Notes: generated by a model from the sequence alone, not told the origin. 64,000 bases of DNA from Candidatus Bathyarchaeia archaeon (GCA_049512075.1 JBEKXL010000002.1:96001-160000), one strand, 5' to 3'. Counted from the first letter of the stretch, positions 47,392 through 56,358 are shown. Made by a program: numbers and translations.

Positions 47392-50067
47392 CTAAAAGAT
47401 GCTTGGGAATATATCTGAAATTACTTCTTTCATCAGAGCTTCTTCTTTTGAGACTGATTCGGTAATCAGCGTGTTAATCTGTTGTTTCTTTGATTCGTAT
47501 TTCTCGACGATTTCCCGTTGCTTGTCAGTCTCGTAGGCAGGGATTGCCAATCGCCCGAGGTCATCTTCAGACATTCGCCCATACTGCCCTGTGAAAGTGG
47601 AATTAACAAGATAGTTGATGGGTTCTGATGTTAAAACGATTCTAAGGTACTTCCGCAGAACCTTTTCCTTCCCAGTGGTTGCGTCCTTCTTGGGTATGAG
47701 CTTATAGTATTCATCCGTAGCCCTAATTTCATCCAATTCGTCAGGTATGATTCCAACAATTCCATTCTTCAGTTGTATCCTTGAAACTACCAAATCTCCC
47801 TTACGGAAAATCTGAGTCTTTTTCAGTTTCGGGTCATGAGTTCCATCTATGACCCCGTACTCGACATCTCCCGACTTTGTAATGCGCTCTATATATTTGC
47901 TTCCAAATTGATTCACGTCTTCAGCGACCTCTTCTCTTTCGAAATTCACGACATTCCCGATTTTGTCTGCCTTGCCAGTCGCCATTATTATTTTCTCTAT
48001 TTCCTTCAGTCGAGGCGAATAGAACTTGGGGTCAAGTCGGTTATTGAATTGCTTTGTCTCTTCATCATGATAGTTTTCGAGATCTTCAGCTTTGCAAATA
48101 AAAGAATACTCGGAAAATTTCGTTTTCCTCCCCATACAAAAAGCACGATAATCCGCAAGAATGTCCGTCAGATTGTTCGGCATAACTCTCGTGCTCTTGC
48201 CATAGTTTTCGCCACAGTACTTTGCAATGCCCATAAAAATATCATTATCTTGAATTATACCGTCACCTTTCTTTTGAAGCAATAAAATGCTTGTGAAATT
48301 GTTTGCGTCTTGTTCCTTGAAAACTCCCCAAGGTAGTGAAACTATTGCTTTTATATTGAAGTTTCTTTTGATGAAATCCCTGACGTAACTTTCTCTTGGA
48401 TTATTGACTACGCCATCGTCTACTACTATTCCAAGGATTCCTCCGTTCGCCAATAGTTGGTAACAACGTTCGATAAACAGTATCTTAGAATCCCGCGAGC
48501 GGATGTCCTGTTCTCTTTTTGAGTATACGAACCGCCTTTGTTCTGGGTTGTATTTGTGAACGTGCGACAGCTCATACCCTTCGAGGGCATCGCGTCCATC
48601 TATGTCAATATGGCTTTTAGGCTTAACAGTAGAACTGAAGGGTGGATTTGTCAATGCAAGCATGAAGTAATTTTCTATGAGAATTGTCTTGAAGGCTTCT
48701 CTCTTCAATGAGTCGCCAAAATTTATTCCAGTGCTACCGTCCCCATGAACACTCATATTCATTGCTGCAGTCTTCGCAACATCCTCTTCATTATCAAAAC
48801 CTATGAGTAGTTCCTCACATAGTCTCCGCTTAGCTACCTTATGCTCCCTTTTGGCATCTTCATTCAGAAAGGTTTCTTCCCCTTTCCCTTGCTTGACCAT
48901 AAAGCGTGTTTTCAGTTCGTTATCAAGAATCGAGAAGACTGAAAGAAGGAAACCACCACTCCCGCAAGCTGGGTCAACACAGCGTACGCCAGATGCACCC
49001 CAAGAAACACCGACCATGCCCACTAGAAAATCTACAATCCTCCTTGGAGTAAAATATTGCCCGTTCTCCCCACGAAATATCGTACTAACAAAATTCTCGT
49101 AAACGTGAGCAACTGGTGGATAGACTTTCCCGTCTTCATCAACCATGAAGATTCTTTCTAGTTTTTTCACAATTCTGTTTATAGTTACGTCATCGAGTAG
49201 TAACTTATCTTCGGTCTTGAAAATTCTTACATTTTTTTGGCGGTAATGGGTTTTTATATCCTCGAAGAGAGTACCCCCGATATAGTTTTCCCCTTCTTCG
49301 AGAACCTTTGTGTAGGTAAAGCGGTTCTCCTTACCTTCTCTCTCACGTCTGTCTTCGTACAGCTTAATGAAGAGAAGCTTATTCATCTCAGCGAAAGCAC
49401 GGATACCAGTCTTCGATTCACTTGCTTCTCGCATCTCATCTTGACAGTTAAAAAGAATACGTTCAAACTCTTTCTGGTTGAGCATTGGCGCTCTGAATAA
49501 GGGAGGCTGGCTGACCCGTTTTCCCAATGGAATGATATTTTTCTTTCCCAGCACTTTTTCTACAATTTCAAATTTGTCAAAAATCTCCCGCTCATTCACT
49601 GGAGAGAATGGAAGCTCCTGTCGCGTAAGCGTTTCATAAACATGAGTTTCTTCAACATTGGTAGCGACGTAATACTTCGGGCGAGGTTTGAGTTCATTGG
49701 CTTGTGAATAATCGTAGGCCTGTCCTTCCGCATTCTCGGTAGCGGTTTTCAAAGGATGACCGTAACTCTTGACTTCGATTACAATAACAGGGTCGCCGTT
49801 CTTGCGGACTATGACATCGCTCTGACCCCCAATTCTATTGACCTGCCTCCCTTCGTTCTTCGTAAGATGTTGTTTAACATCAATATCAGTGATGGCATAA
49901 CCTAAAGCGTTTCGAAGGAACGGGACAAGAAAATGGGTTATGGAAGCATCTTCTGATGGAGATAGATTCAATGCTTTTTCCATTGTAGTTTTGTTGTCAC
50001 ACCATAATTGCCCTTCAGCCTCTGGGATTCCGAACCATTCACACATGCGTTTAGCTATTCCGGTCAA
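47392..50067 (-). CDS. Fused restriction-modification enzyme (nuclease + N6-adenine MTase + TRD; type IIG-like)
   Basis: SDVIV..IEVK..QAYDY..ATN; GQYFTPR, DPACGSGGFL, NPPF; C-terminal HsdS-like domain. Confidence 0.9.
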   Translation of the reverse strand: MTGIAKRMCEWFGIPEAEGQLWCDNKTTMEKALNLSPSEDASITHFLVPFLRNALGYAITDIDVKQHLTKNEGRQVNRIGGQSDVIVRKNGDPVIVIEVKSYGHPLKTATENAEGQAYDYSQANELKPRPKYYVATNVEETHVYETLTRQELPFSPVNEREIFDKFEIVEKVLGKKNIIPLGKRVSQPPLFRAPMLNQKEFERILFNCQDEMREASESKTGIRAFAEMNKLLFIKLYEDRREREGKENRFTYTKVLEEGENYIGGTLFEDIKTHYRQKNVRIFKTEDKLLLDDVTINRIVKKLERIFMVDEDGKVYPPVAHVYENFVSTIFRGENGQYFTPRRIVDFLVGMVGVSWGASGVRCVDPACGSGGFLLSVFSILDNELKTRFMVKQGKGEETFLNEDAKREHKVAKRRLCEELLIGFDNEEDVAKTAAMNMSVHGDGSTGINFGDSLKREAFKTILIENYFMLALTNPPFSSTVKPKSHIDIDGRDALEGYELSHVHKYNPEQRRFVYSKREQDIRSRDSKILFIERCYQLLANGGILGIVVDDGVVNNPRESYVRDFIKRNFNIKAIVSLPWGVFKEQDANNFTSILLLQKKGDGIIQDNDIFMGIAKYCGENYGKSTRVMPNNLTDILADYRAFCMGRKTKFSEYSFICKAEDLENYHDEETKQFNNRLDPKFYSPRLKEIEKIIMATGKADKIGNVVNFEREEVAEDVNQFGSKYIERITKSGDVEYGVIDGTHDPKLKKTQIFRKGDLVVSRIQLKNGIVGIIPDELDEIRATDEYYKLIPKKDATTGKEKVLRKYLRIVLTSEPINYLVNSTFTGQYGRMSEDDLGRLAIPAYETDKQREIVEKYESKKQQINTLITESVSKEEALMKEVISDIFPSIF

Positions 50068-50264
50068 TTTGCTCCCTCAGTACCTTTCTCTGTATTTTTC
50101 TTCTCTTGAACAACCAGTTGCCCATCTTTGACGTTAATTTCAAGTTCTTGCCCACCTTTCCACCCCAACTGGTTGATGGCATCGTCGGGGATTATAATCA
50201 CGTGCTTATAGTGTCGCTTGTCCTTATATTTGTAAGCGAGTTGTTTTTGGAGTTTAGCTTTCAT
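50064..50264 (-). CDS. AbrB/MazE-like DNA-binding protein
   Basis: IIIP..INQLGWKGGQELEINVKDGQLVV. Confidence 0.8.
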   Translation of the reverse strand: MKAKLQKQLAYKYKDKRHYKHVIIIPDDAINQLGWKGGQELEINVKDGQLVVQEKKNTEKGTEGAN

Positions 50265-50410
50265 TTTTGGGATTCCTCAAATTTGTCAATCAGGAAGGAA
50301 ACAACTTCGTGGTAAGGCACTTCCTTTTTCTTTTTCTGTTCTGCCAAGTAGCGAGCGATTTTATCCAATCTTTCCTCGTCTTTTTGCTCGATTCTGATGG
50401 GTTTCGTCAG
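50261..50410 (-). CDS. 49-aa ribbon-helix-helix-like protein, CTG start (not in ORF track)
   Basis: (M)TKPIRIEQKDEERLDKIARYLAEQKKKKEVPYHEVVSFLIDKFEESQK; its TGA overlaps the AbrB ATG. Confidence 0.65.
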   Translation of the reverse strand: MTKPIRIEQKDEERLDKIARYLAEQKKKKEVPYHEVVSFLIDKFEESQK

Positions 50411-50430
50411 CGTTGTTTTCCTTCTTCTTT

Positions 50431-50498
50431 GTTTACAGCGTTTACTTCGTTAACTATGTTAACTTGTTTACAATGTGAACGCTGTTTACGCTGTACAC
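50431..50498. promoter_or_regulatory. Eight GTNNAC hexamers at 9-bp period
   Basis: Starts at 50431, 50440, 50449, 50458, 50466, 50475, 50484, 50493. Confidence 0.8.
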
Positions 50499-50506
50499 AG
50501 GGTTAA

Positions 50507-50603
50507 TGGTACCATAAAACTATTTAACATTTATGGTGTTTGTGGTACCACAACGCTTATATTATTGTGGTACCATAACAATTATCAGTGTAGTGTGGTA
50601 CCA
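50507..50603. promoter_or_regulatory. Four TGGTACCA palindromes across the transposase promoter and start
   Basis: At 50507, 50543, 50568, 50596; the second extends to TTGTGGTACCACAA. Confidence 0.8.
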
Positions 50604-51739
50604 TGATGACAATAGAGGAACTGGAAAATCTCCGAGAGCTAAGAGGCTCAGAGATTGTTCGTAAAAAAGGAAATCAAATTAACCGCATAGATGATTGCCT
50701 TTACACCGTTAAGTCTCAGTCTGGAAACGGTGAGTATGCTGTTTGTCAAGTTGACAATGAATTAGTCTGCGAATGTCCAGACTTCCAATTTCGCAATGTT
50801 AAATGCAAACACATTTTTGCAGTAGAGTTTTCTAAGTCGCTAAGAGAAGCAACTCAGAGAATTGCTCCAATAGAAAACCTTTCAGCATGCATCTATTGTA
50901 ATTCTTCTAATTTGATGAAATATGGCTTACGAAAAAACAAAACTGGAAATCTCCAAGTATTCTATTGCCGAGATTGCCACAAATACTTCACTATCAACAT
51001 CGGTTTTGAGAAAATGAAGCACAACCCTCAAGCAATCACAAGCGCAATGCAACTATACTTCTCAGGTGAGAGCCTAAGAAATACTCAGAAGTCGCTTAAG
51101 CTCTTAGGAGTCGAAGTTTCGTACAGATCAATCCTAAACTGGATAAAAAAATACGTTAGTCTCATGAAAAACTATGTTGAAACCATTACTCCAAACGTAA
51201 GCGACACATGGAGAGCAGACGAAATATACATCAAGGTAAAAGGTGACATGAAGTACCTTTTCGCTATGATGGATGATGAAACACGGTTTTGGATTGCTCA
51301 GGAAGTTGCAGAGACTAAATACACTCATGATGCACGGAAACTTTTGCAGATGTCCAAACAGTTGATGGGTAAGAAACCTATGACCTTCATTACTGACGGT
51401 CTTCCAGCGTACCATGATGCATACAAGAAGGAGTTTTGGACACAGAAGAAAGAAACTCGAACAGAACACGTTAGGCATATCACTTTGAGAGGAGATCACA
51501 ACAATAACAAAATGGAACGCATGAACGGAGAAGTACGAGACAGAGAAAAGACTATGAGAGGATTAAAAACCAAAGACACAGCGATTCTCTCCGGTTATCA
51601 GATTTTCCACAACTACATCCGAGGACATGAAGCACTTGACGGTAAGACTCCTAGTGAAGCTTGTGGAATAACGGTAGAAGGAAAAAACAAATGGCTAACC
51701 CTAATCCAAAATGCTAAACTATCATCAGTCGAAAAATAG
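50603..51739 (+). CDS. IS6-family DDE transposase with N-terminal SWIM finger and zinc ribbon
   Basis: CECPDF..CKH; CIYC..CRDC; HTH; WRADE, ITDG, NN.MER. Confidence 0.9.
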   Translation: MMTIEELENLRELRGSEIVRKKGNQINRIDDCLYTVKSQSGNGEYAVCQVDNELVCECPDFQFRNVKCKHIFAVEFSKSLREATQRIAPIENLSACIYCNSSNLMKYGLRKNKTGNLQVFYCRDCHKYFTINIGFEKMKHNPQAITSAMQLYFSGESLRNTQKSLKLLGVEVSYRSILNWIKKYVSLMKNYVETITPNVSDTWRADEIYIKVKGDMKYLFAMMDDETRFWIAQEVAETKYTHDARKLLQMSKQLMGKKPMTFITDGLPAYHDAYKKEFWTQKKETRTEHVRHITLRGDHNNNKMERMNGEVRDREKTMRGLKTKDTAILSGYQIFHNYIRGHEALDGKTPSEACGITVEGKNKWLTLIQNAKLSSVEK

Positions 51740-51822
51740 ATTGACAATATTGTCTGTCGCCAACAGACACACTTAAATAGTTAAATAGTATGCCGCCCTA
51801 AGTCTATTGGGAGAAAAGAGAG

Positions 51823-52128
51823 ATGATGAAGGTAAATTTGTACAGTATGTTTTGCACTGATACTCTTAGGCATAGAGAGACTGCTAGGAATATTCTAGAG
51901 AAGCTGTCCAAAACGTCAAAAAACGACGTAGTCATAATTGACTTTGATAAAATAGAGTTTGCCTCACGGTCTTTTCTTCATGAACTTATGAGTTGCCTTG
52001 CGGATAGAAAGGTTGAGTTTAGGAACCAGAATGAAGAAGTCGCAAGAATGACCGATGTTATTTCGAAAAGCATTGAGGCTTACTCTGAAGAAAGACGCGG
52101 AAAACACTGTATAGCAACTGCACAGTAG
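51823..52128 (+). CDS. STAS-like (DUF4325-type) protein
   Basis: VIIDFDKIEFASRSFLHEL. Confidence 0.75.
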   Translation: MMKVNLYSMFCTDTLRHRETARNILEKLSKTSKNDVVIIDFDKIEFASRSFLHELMSCLADRKVEFRNQNEEVARMTDVISKSIEAYSEERRGKHCIATAQ

Positions 52129-52130
52129 GT

Positions 52131-52964
52131 TTATCGCAGGTATTTATAAAATTCAATCTTTTTCAAATTGAAATTAATCCCTACCAAAGCGCCCTGCCAC
52201 TGCGATTTCAATTTCCACTCTTTTCTTTCCCCCAACTTATCATAGATGAGTGATTTCCCTGACATTATTACCAGCTTTCCACCATAGCCGTGGATGAACA
52301 TTTTGGCTATACTAGGGATACCTGTTCCTCTGAGATTTTCCTTTTTAGAAGATTTCCCAACCAATGCGTTAATGATGGCTTGTCTATCACTTTTTACTTC
52401 ATACTTAGTCCCTTTGTATGAAGCCTTATACCCAATGCCACAATCTGCAATTACAATCTCGCAGGTTCTATGTGGCCTTTCCCAAAATTGAGCCAACAAC
52501 CAATAATGATCTATGTTCGCATGTTCATTGACATTGTTCACCAATTCGCTAGTTAGATGTTTCAAGCTTAGCTTGAATGAGGATGAGTATTCGTCTGAAC
52601 TTGCCATTTCCAAAATCAAGTCTTCATACTTGCCCAAGACCTTATTCTGTTCAATCGGCGGTAGCCTTGTTATTGGCAGATAACGCTTTTCATCACTTGG
52701 TAATTCCTCAAAACCATTTGGAAAACCGATTGTACTAAGATAGCTTTGGACATCATGGTCTTTTTCTGAACAAGTCAGATTCATTCTGTTATGAGAAGCA
52801 AATACGGCCAAAGGAAGTATTGAAAGTGGTGTAACAAAATCTGCTCTACACAAATCGGTATAAGGAATGTCGTTGCGTAAAGCTGAATTTAATTCCTCCA
52901 AATTCTGAACAAGTTCATCAATGCGTTCAGATATTCCGTAGTGATGTCTTATCTCCATGGACAA
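52131..52964 (-). CDS. GHKL/histidine-kinase-like ATPase (anti-sigma-like)
   Basis: SELVNNVNEHA (N box), IADCGIG (G1), RGTGI (G2), WQGALV. Confidence 0.8.
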   Translation of the reverse strand: MSMEIRHHYGISERIDELVQNLEELNSALRNDIPYTDLCRADFVTPLSILPLAVFASHNRMNLTCSEKDHDVQSYLSTIGFPNGFEELPSDEKRYLPITRLPPIEQNKVLGKYEDLILEMASSDEYSSSFKLSLKHLTSELVNNVNEHANIDHYWLLAQFWERPHRTCEIVIADCGIGYKASYKGTKYEVKSDRQAIINALVGKSSKKENLRGTGIPSIAKMFIHGYGGKLVIMSGKSLIYDKLGERKEWKLKSQWQGALVGINFNLKKIEFYKYLR

Positions 52965-53061
52965 AAGCTTTGACAGAAGTATGATATAACATTTGGTTTA
53001 CTCTAAAATCTGATTTTTGCAGAGGTCGTGAGACTTTACAGGAACAAAAACAGAAATTTTA

Positions 53062-53271
53062 TCATGAGTGCCAGCGTTTTCTTCTCCATCCTTTCTTGCG
53101 GACCATGAATTTGACATCAGAACCCTTGTACGCCTTGTTCAATTCCCTAGCTTCTTTCTCAGCTTTCTTCTTCGTCCTGAAACGTTCTCCAGCAACAACA
53201 CGAATAGGACTCTTTCCCTTTCGTCTAACAACAAGCCACTTCTTAGGGTCAGGTCGCCTTTGATAACCCAA
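53062..53271 (-). CDS. Small basic hypothetical protein
   Basis: Very K/R-rich; FRTKKKAEKEAREL helix. Confidence 0.45.
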   Translation of the reverse strand: MGYQRRPDPKKWLVVRRKGKSPIRVVAGERFRTKKKAEKEARELNKAYKGSDVKFMVRKKGWRRKRWHS

Positions 53272-53385
53272 AAGGATTCACAGAAGAAAAATCTGAAAAC
53301 TACATAGGGCTCCTTTTGAGTTTAGCGTGCATTTGAAACAAAAAGCTTAACAGTGTTCCATGCGCAATGATTGTGAGTTGGTATT

Positions 53386-53904
53386 ATGAAAGATGTTGAG
53401 CTGAGATTGATTTCTGAGTTGATGACAAACAGTTGTAGGAGCGATAGACAGCTTGCCAAGGCATTGGGAGTTTCTCAGCCCACAGTGTCACGAACAAAAG
53501 CAAAGCTGGAAAAAGAAGGCTACATCTCTGAACACACGATTATCCCCAATTTCAACAAAATAGGTTATCACCTGTTTGCATTAACTTTTTTCTCGTGGAA
53601 ACAAGGTATCAGCAAGAGCGATAAGGAAAAGGCAATCAAATACGCTCAAGAGAGGGCTTCCTTTCTCCCATCTAACATAGTTCTCGTTGAAAGAGGAATC
53701 GGGATGAACTACGACGCATTCATGGGGTCATTCCATAAGGACTACTCATCTTACAGGGAACTCATGAATGAAATGAAAGAGAGTCAATACACAGATGTGA
53801 ATAGGATGGACAGCTTCATTGTCGACCTTACCGACAAATTCCACTATCGAACCTTAACCTTCTCAACCCTTGCCAAACACCTAATAGAAACAAACCAAAA
53901 GTAA
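53386..53904 (+). CDS. Lrp/AsnC-family transcriptional regulator
   Basis: SDRQLAKALGVSQPTVSR..LEKEGYI..IPNFNKIGY. Confidence 0.88.
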   Translation: MKDVELRLISELMTNSCRSDRQLAKALGVSQPTVSRTKAKLEKEGYISEHTIIPNFNKIGYHLFALTFFSWKQGISKSDKEKAIKYAQERASFLPSNIVLVERGIGMNYDAFMGSFHKDYSSYRELMNEMKESQYTDVNRMDSFIVDLTDKFHYRTLTFSTLAKHLIETNQK

Positions 53905-54063
53905 ACTCGTAACTGTGATAGGACTCTTTCCCTTCCGCTTTGCAATAAGCCACTTTCTTTTTAGCCAATTATGCGAATAAGTCGTATGGGCTCCCAACAG
54001 AAAAATCAACATGGGCTCGTTCGTGGTGAAATGTTAAAATAGTCTTGAAGTTCATTTCCATTT

Positions 54064-54246
54064 ATGTATCCAATAGTGGCCAGAAAACTCATAATAAGTG
54101 CCATTCTATCAGTCTTGGCCTTTTATCTGTTCGTTCTAGGGGCGAGTGCTTACCAAGGACTAGACGGGGAGATGGTCAGAGCTGTCTACTTCTCCGGAGC
54201 AGCGATAGTGTTTGCAATTGCCATTATTCCTTGGATGACCAAATAA
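54064..54246 (+). CDS. Small 2-TM protein
   Basis: Two hydrophobic helices, ATG start. Confidence 0.5.
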   Translation: MYPIVARKLIISAILSVLAFYLFVLGASAYQGLDGEMVRAVYFSGAAIVFAIAIIPWMTK

Positions 54247-54689
54247 TGATACTCGCTAGAGTGAGACCACACAAATAACTTAACGGTATCTAGTATGTGG
54301 GCTCGTTTTACGATAGGTCAGCAGACGAAAAGTAACAAGGAGATCAAGCAGACGAAGAAGTACCAGAACCTCGCCTACCACCCGACCTGTAACACGAAGG
54401 TTAGCCACTCTGATGATAGACCAGAACCAGAAAAATCGTCATGAGTGCACGCGAAACTACTTTAAGATTACGTGCACTTGTTTTTGCAAGCGTTCTTGAA
54501 CCTCTACGGTTTCTCTGATTTCTTTGTTCTTGGCCTCTATCAATTCATGATAGTGCTGTTTCAATAGTTGTAGCTTCCCTGCGTCTTGAAGGTCTACTTT
54601 GCTCAATCTCTCACATTTGATTAAGGAACTAGATAATGTTGACCGATTCTTAAAAAGAATATGCAACAGTGTAGAACACTAAAACAATG

Positions 54690-54744
54690 AGTCATCCCCC
54701 GACAGTTAACAAGGAAACAAACCAAACAAAGAGTTTACAGAACC
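54690..54744 (-). repeat. Inner (second) right end of the transposon
   Basis: ACCAAACAAAGAGTTTACAGAACC is 21/24 identical to the outer end 55283-55306; similarity extends colinearly to 54690. Confidence 0.75.
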
Positions 54745-54890
54745 TGTTTTTTGGAAAATTAGAGACATAGTTGTATGGAAAGTCGTGAATAAGCAGTTTG
54801 GGTTTGGGAGCAGAAATCAGGTCAGTTAAGCCTTATCTCGGATACATAAGAGGTTTATACTGAGAACTTGCAATAGTTGAAGACACACGA

Positions 54891-55199
54891 ATGAAGGGGT
54901 CCAAGATGGCACGTTCTAAACTTGAGACGTACGTTGACATTCTCAAAGTGTTGGCTCATCGTGGACCCTTGAAGCTAACGCATATAATGTATAAAGCAAA
55001 CGTGAATGGTAGCATTCTGAGAGAGTATCTGGACTTCCTGCTCAAACAGAATCTTGTTGAAGAAAGAAACGTGGGGAAAAGTAGAACCGTCTTTGCTGTA
55101 ACTCAAAAAGGCATAACGGTGCTCAAGAACTTCAGGGAACTGCAACAAATATTGCCAATCATTGAAGAAACAAGAAATATGATCCCAACACCTATTTGA
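54891..55199 (+). CDS. Winged-helix transcriptional regulator (HTH_45-like)
   Basis: RSKLE..DIL..LTHIMYKANVN..YLDFL..VTQKG. Confidence 0.88.
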   Translation: MKGSKMARSKLETYVDILKVLAHRGPLKLTHIMYKANVNGSILREYLDFLLKQNLVEERNVGKSRTVFAVTQKGITVLKNFRELQQILPIIEETRNMIPTPI

Positions 55200-55306
55200 T
55201 TTCGCTTAAGTTCAGGGAATCATCAACCGACTTTTTACGTGGGCTCGTTTTAGTCACCAAACGAATTTTCACAACAAAACCTACCAAACGAAGACTTCAC
55301 AGAACC

Positions 55307-55530
55307 CTCGTCACGTAGCCCACCCCAACGATTTTGGCATTGACGAATATCTGACCGTCTTCTTTCTGAAAAGCGGTGCATAATGCAGGATTGTGGCGCG
55401 TGCTTTCCAAGAAGAAGCGGTCCGCATCCACTATCGAATGGCGATTAACCAGGTCGAGCAACGCTTTTCTTCTTGGAAAATAGTTCCATCGCAAGAAACT
55501 TTCGGGAAGAGCTACCGTGAGTCTTCAACA
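55307..55530 (-). pseudogene. N-terminal half of the gene split by the transposon
   Basis: LPESFLRWNYFPRR..TRHNPALCT..NAKIVGVGYVTR joins KKYM.. at 47205 in frame across the TSD. Confidence 0.8.
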
Positions 55531-56084
55531 CCCCACAGGATGCACTTAATGATCTCTGAAATAAACTAATAGCTTCACTTCTGAGGTTTTGAACAGCGTG
55601 TTTTCTATGTGCCAAGTGGCTTTGCTTCACGTGGGAGCGGAAGACTTTACGCCAAAAACAATAACACTTTTCGAGGTTCTTTCAAAACCGATGAGCCGGT
55701 TGCCGGGTTTGAATGACGCTTGCTGTTCGATGTTGCCCAGATGATGCTTAACGATGAGTCTGATGACATCCTTGGAGCATGTGCCCAAGGCTGGAGGTTA
55801 CAGCAGAATTTCAATAACTATGCTCCCGCATACTCAAGAAAACAGATGATCTTGGGGAGATTGAGCTATCAAGATCAGAAGTCATCAAAACTTGCGAATG
55901 CTGCCTAGATGATGAAAAAATAGTCGATGATATTTACGCTATGAAGCAGAGGAGGATTAATCCGGATGAGCTATGGCGACGACATGTTGAACGCATCAAC
56001 TGTGAGACTGATGGCTATTGCAGATACTGTGGCAAGAAATTTCGGAGTTATCGAGGTGCCGCTTCGGGTGGTTTGTGCTTTGGG

Positions 56085-56290
56085 ATTCACGACTCTGAAC
56101 ACATCTTGTTCTGTTGCTTCCTTGAACGGTTTCTTTATAAATAGGTCGTACTGTTTGAAATGTCTAAGGTGTAATCGATGGTACATTTGCCCTGCTCGTT
56201 TACGCGCTTCATCTCCACGAAGCGTTCCAAATCAACCTTGTCTTGGCCGATCGTGTCACTCGCAGGGCGCATGCGCTCCACTACTTCAGC
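56085..56290 (-). pseudogene. Frameshifted remnant resembling the N-terminal (SAM-like) domain of a tyrosine integrase
   Basis: DLERFVEMKRVN..TIDY / LRHFKQYDLFIKKPFKEATEQDV across two frames. Confidence 0.4.
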
Positions 56291-56358
56291 TATGACCTGT
56301 CCGAATGATCGGAAACAGAAATCAAATTACCAGGAATGACATGAACTAGGAAGGATGT

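Larger units (their letters stand above)
47214..55306. mobile_element. 8093-bp IS6-family cargo transposon
   Basis: TIRs 47214-47275 / 55246-55306 beginning GG(C/T)TCTGTGAAGTCT; 8-bp TSD CTCGTCAC at 47206-47213 and 55307-55314; internal DDE transposase. Confidence 0.9.

Noticed and set aside
54457-54666. 69-aa coiled-coil-like ORF inside the transposon
   Set aside because: No recognisable motif or clear start; may be a gene fragment.
55695-55713. GCCGGTTGCCGGGTTTGAA as a degenerate att copy of tRNA-Gly
   Set aside because: Short, with mismatches and a gap; cannot be distinguished from chance.
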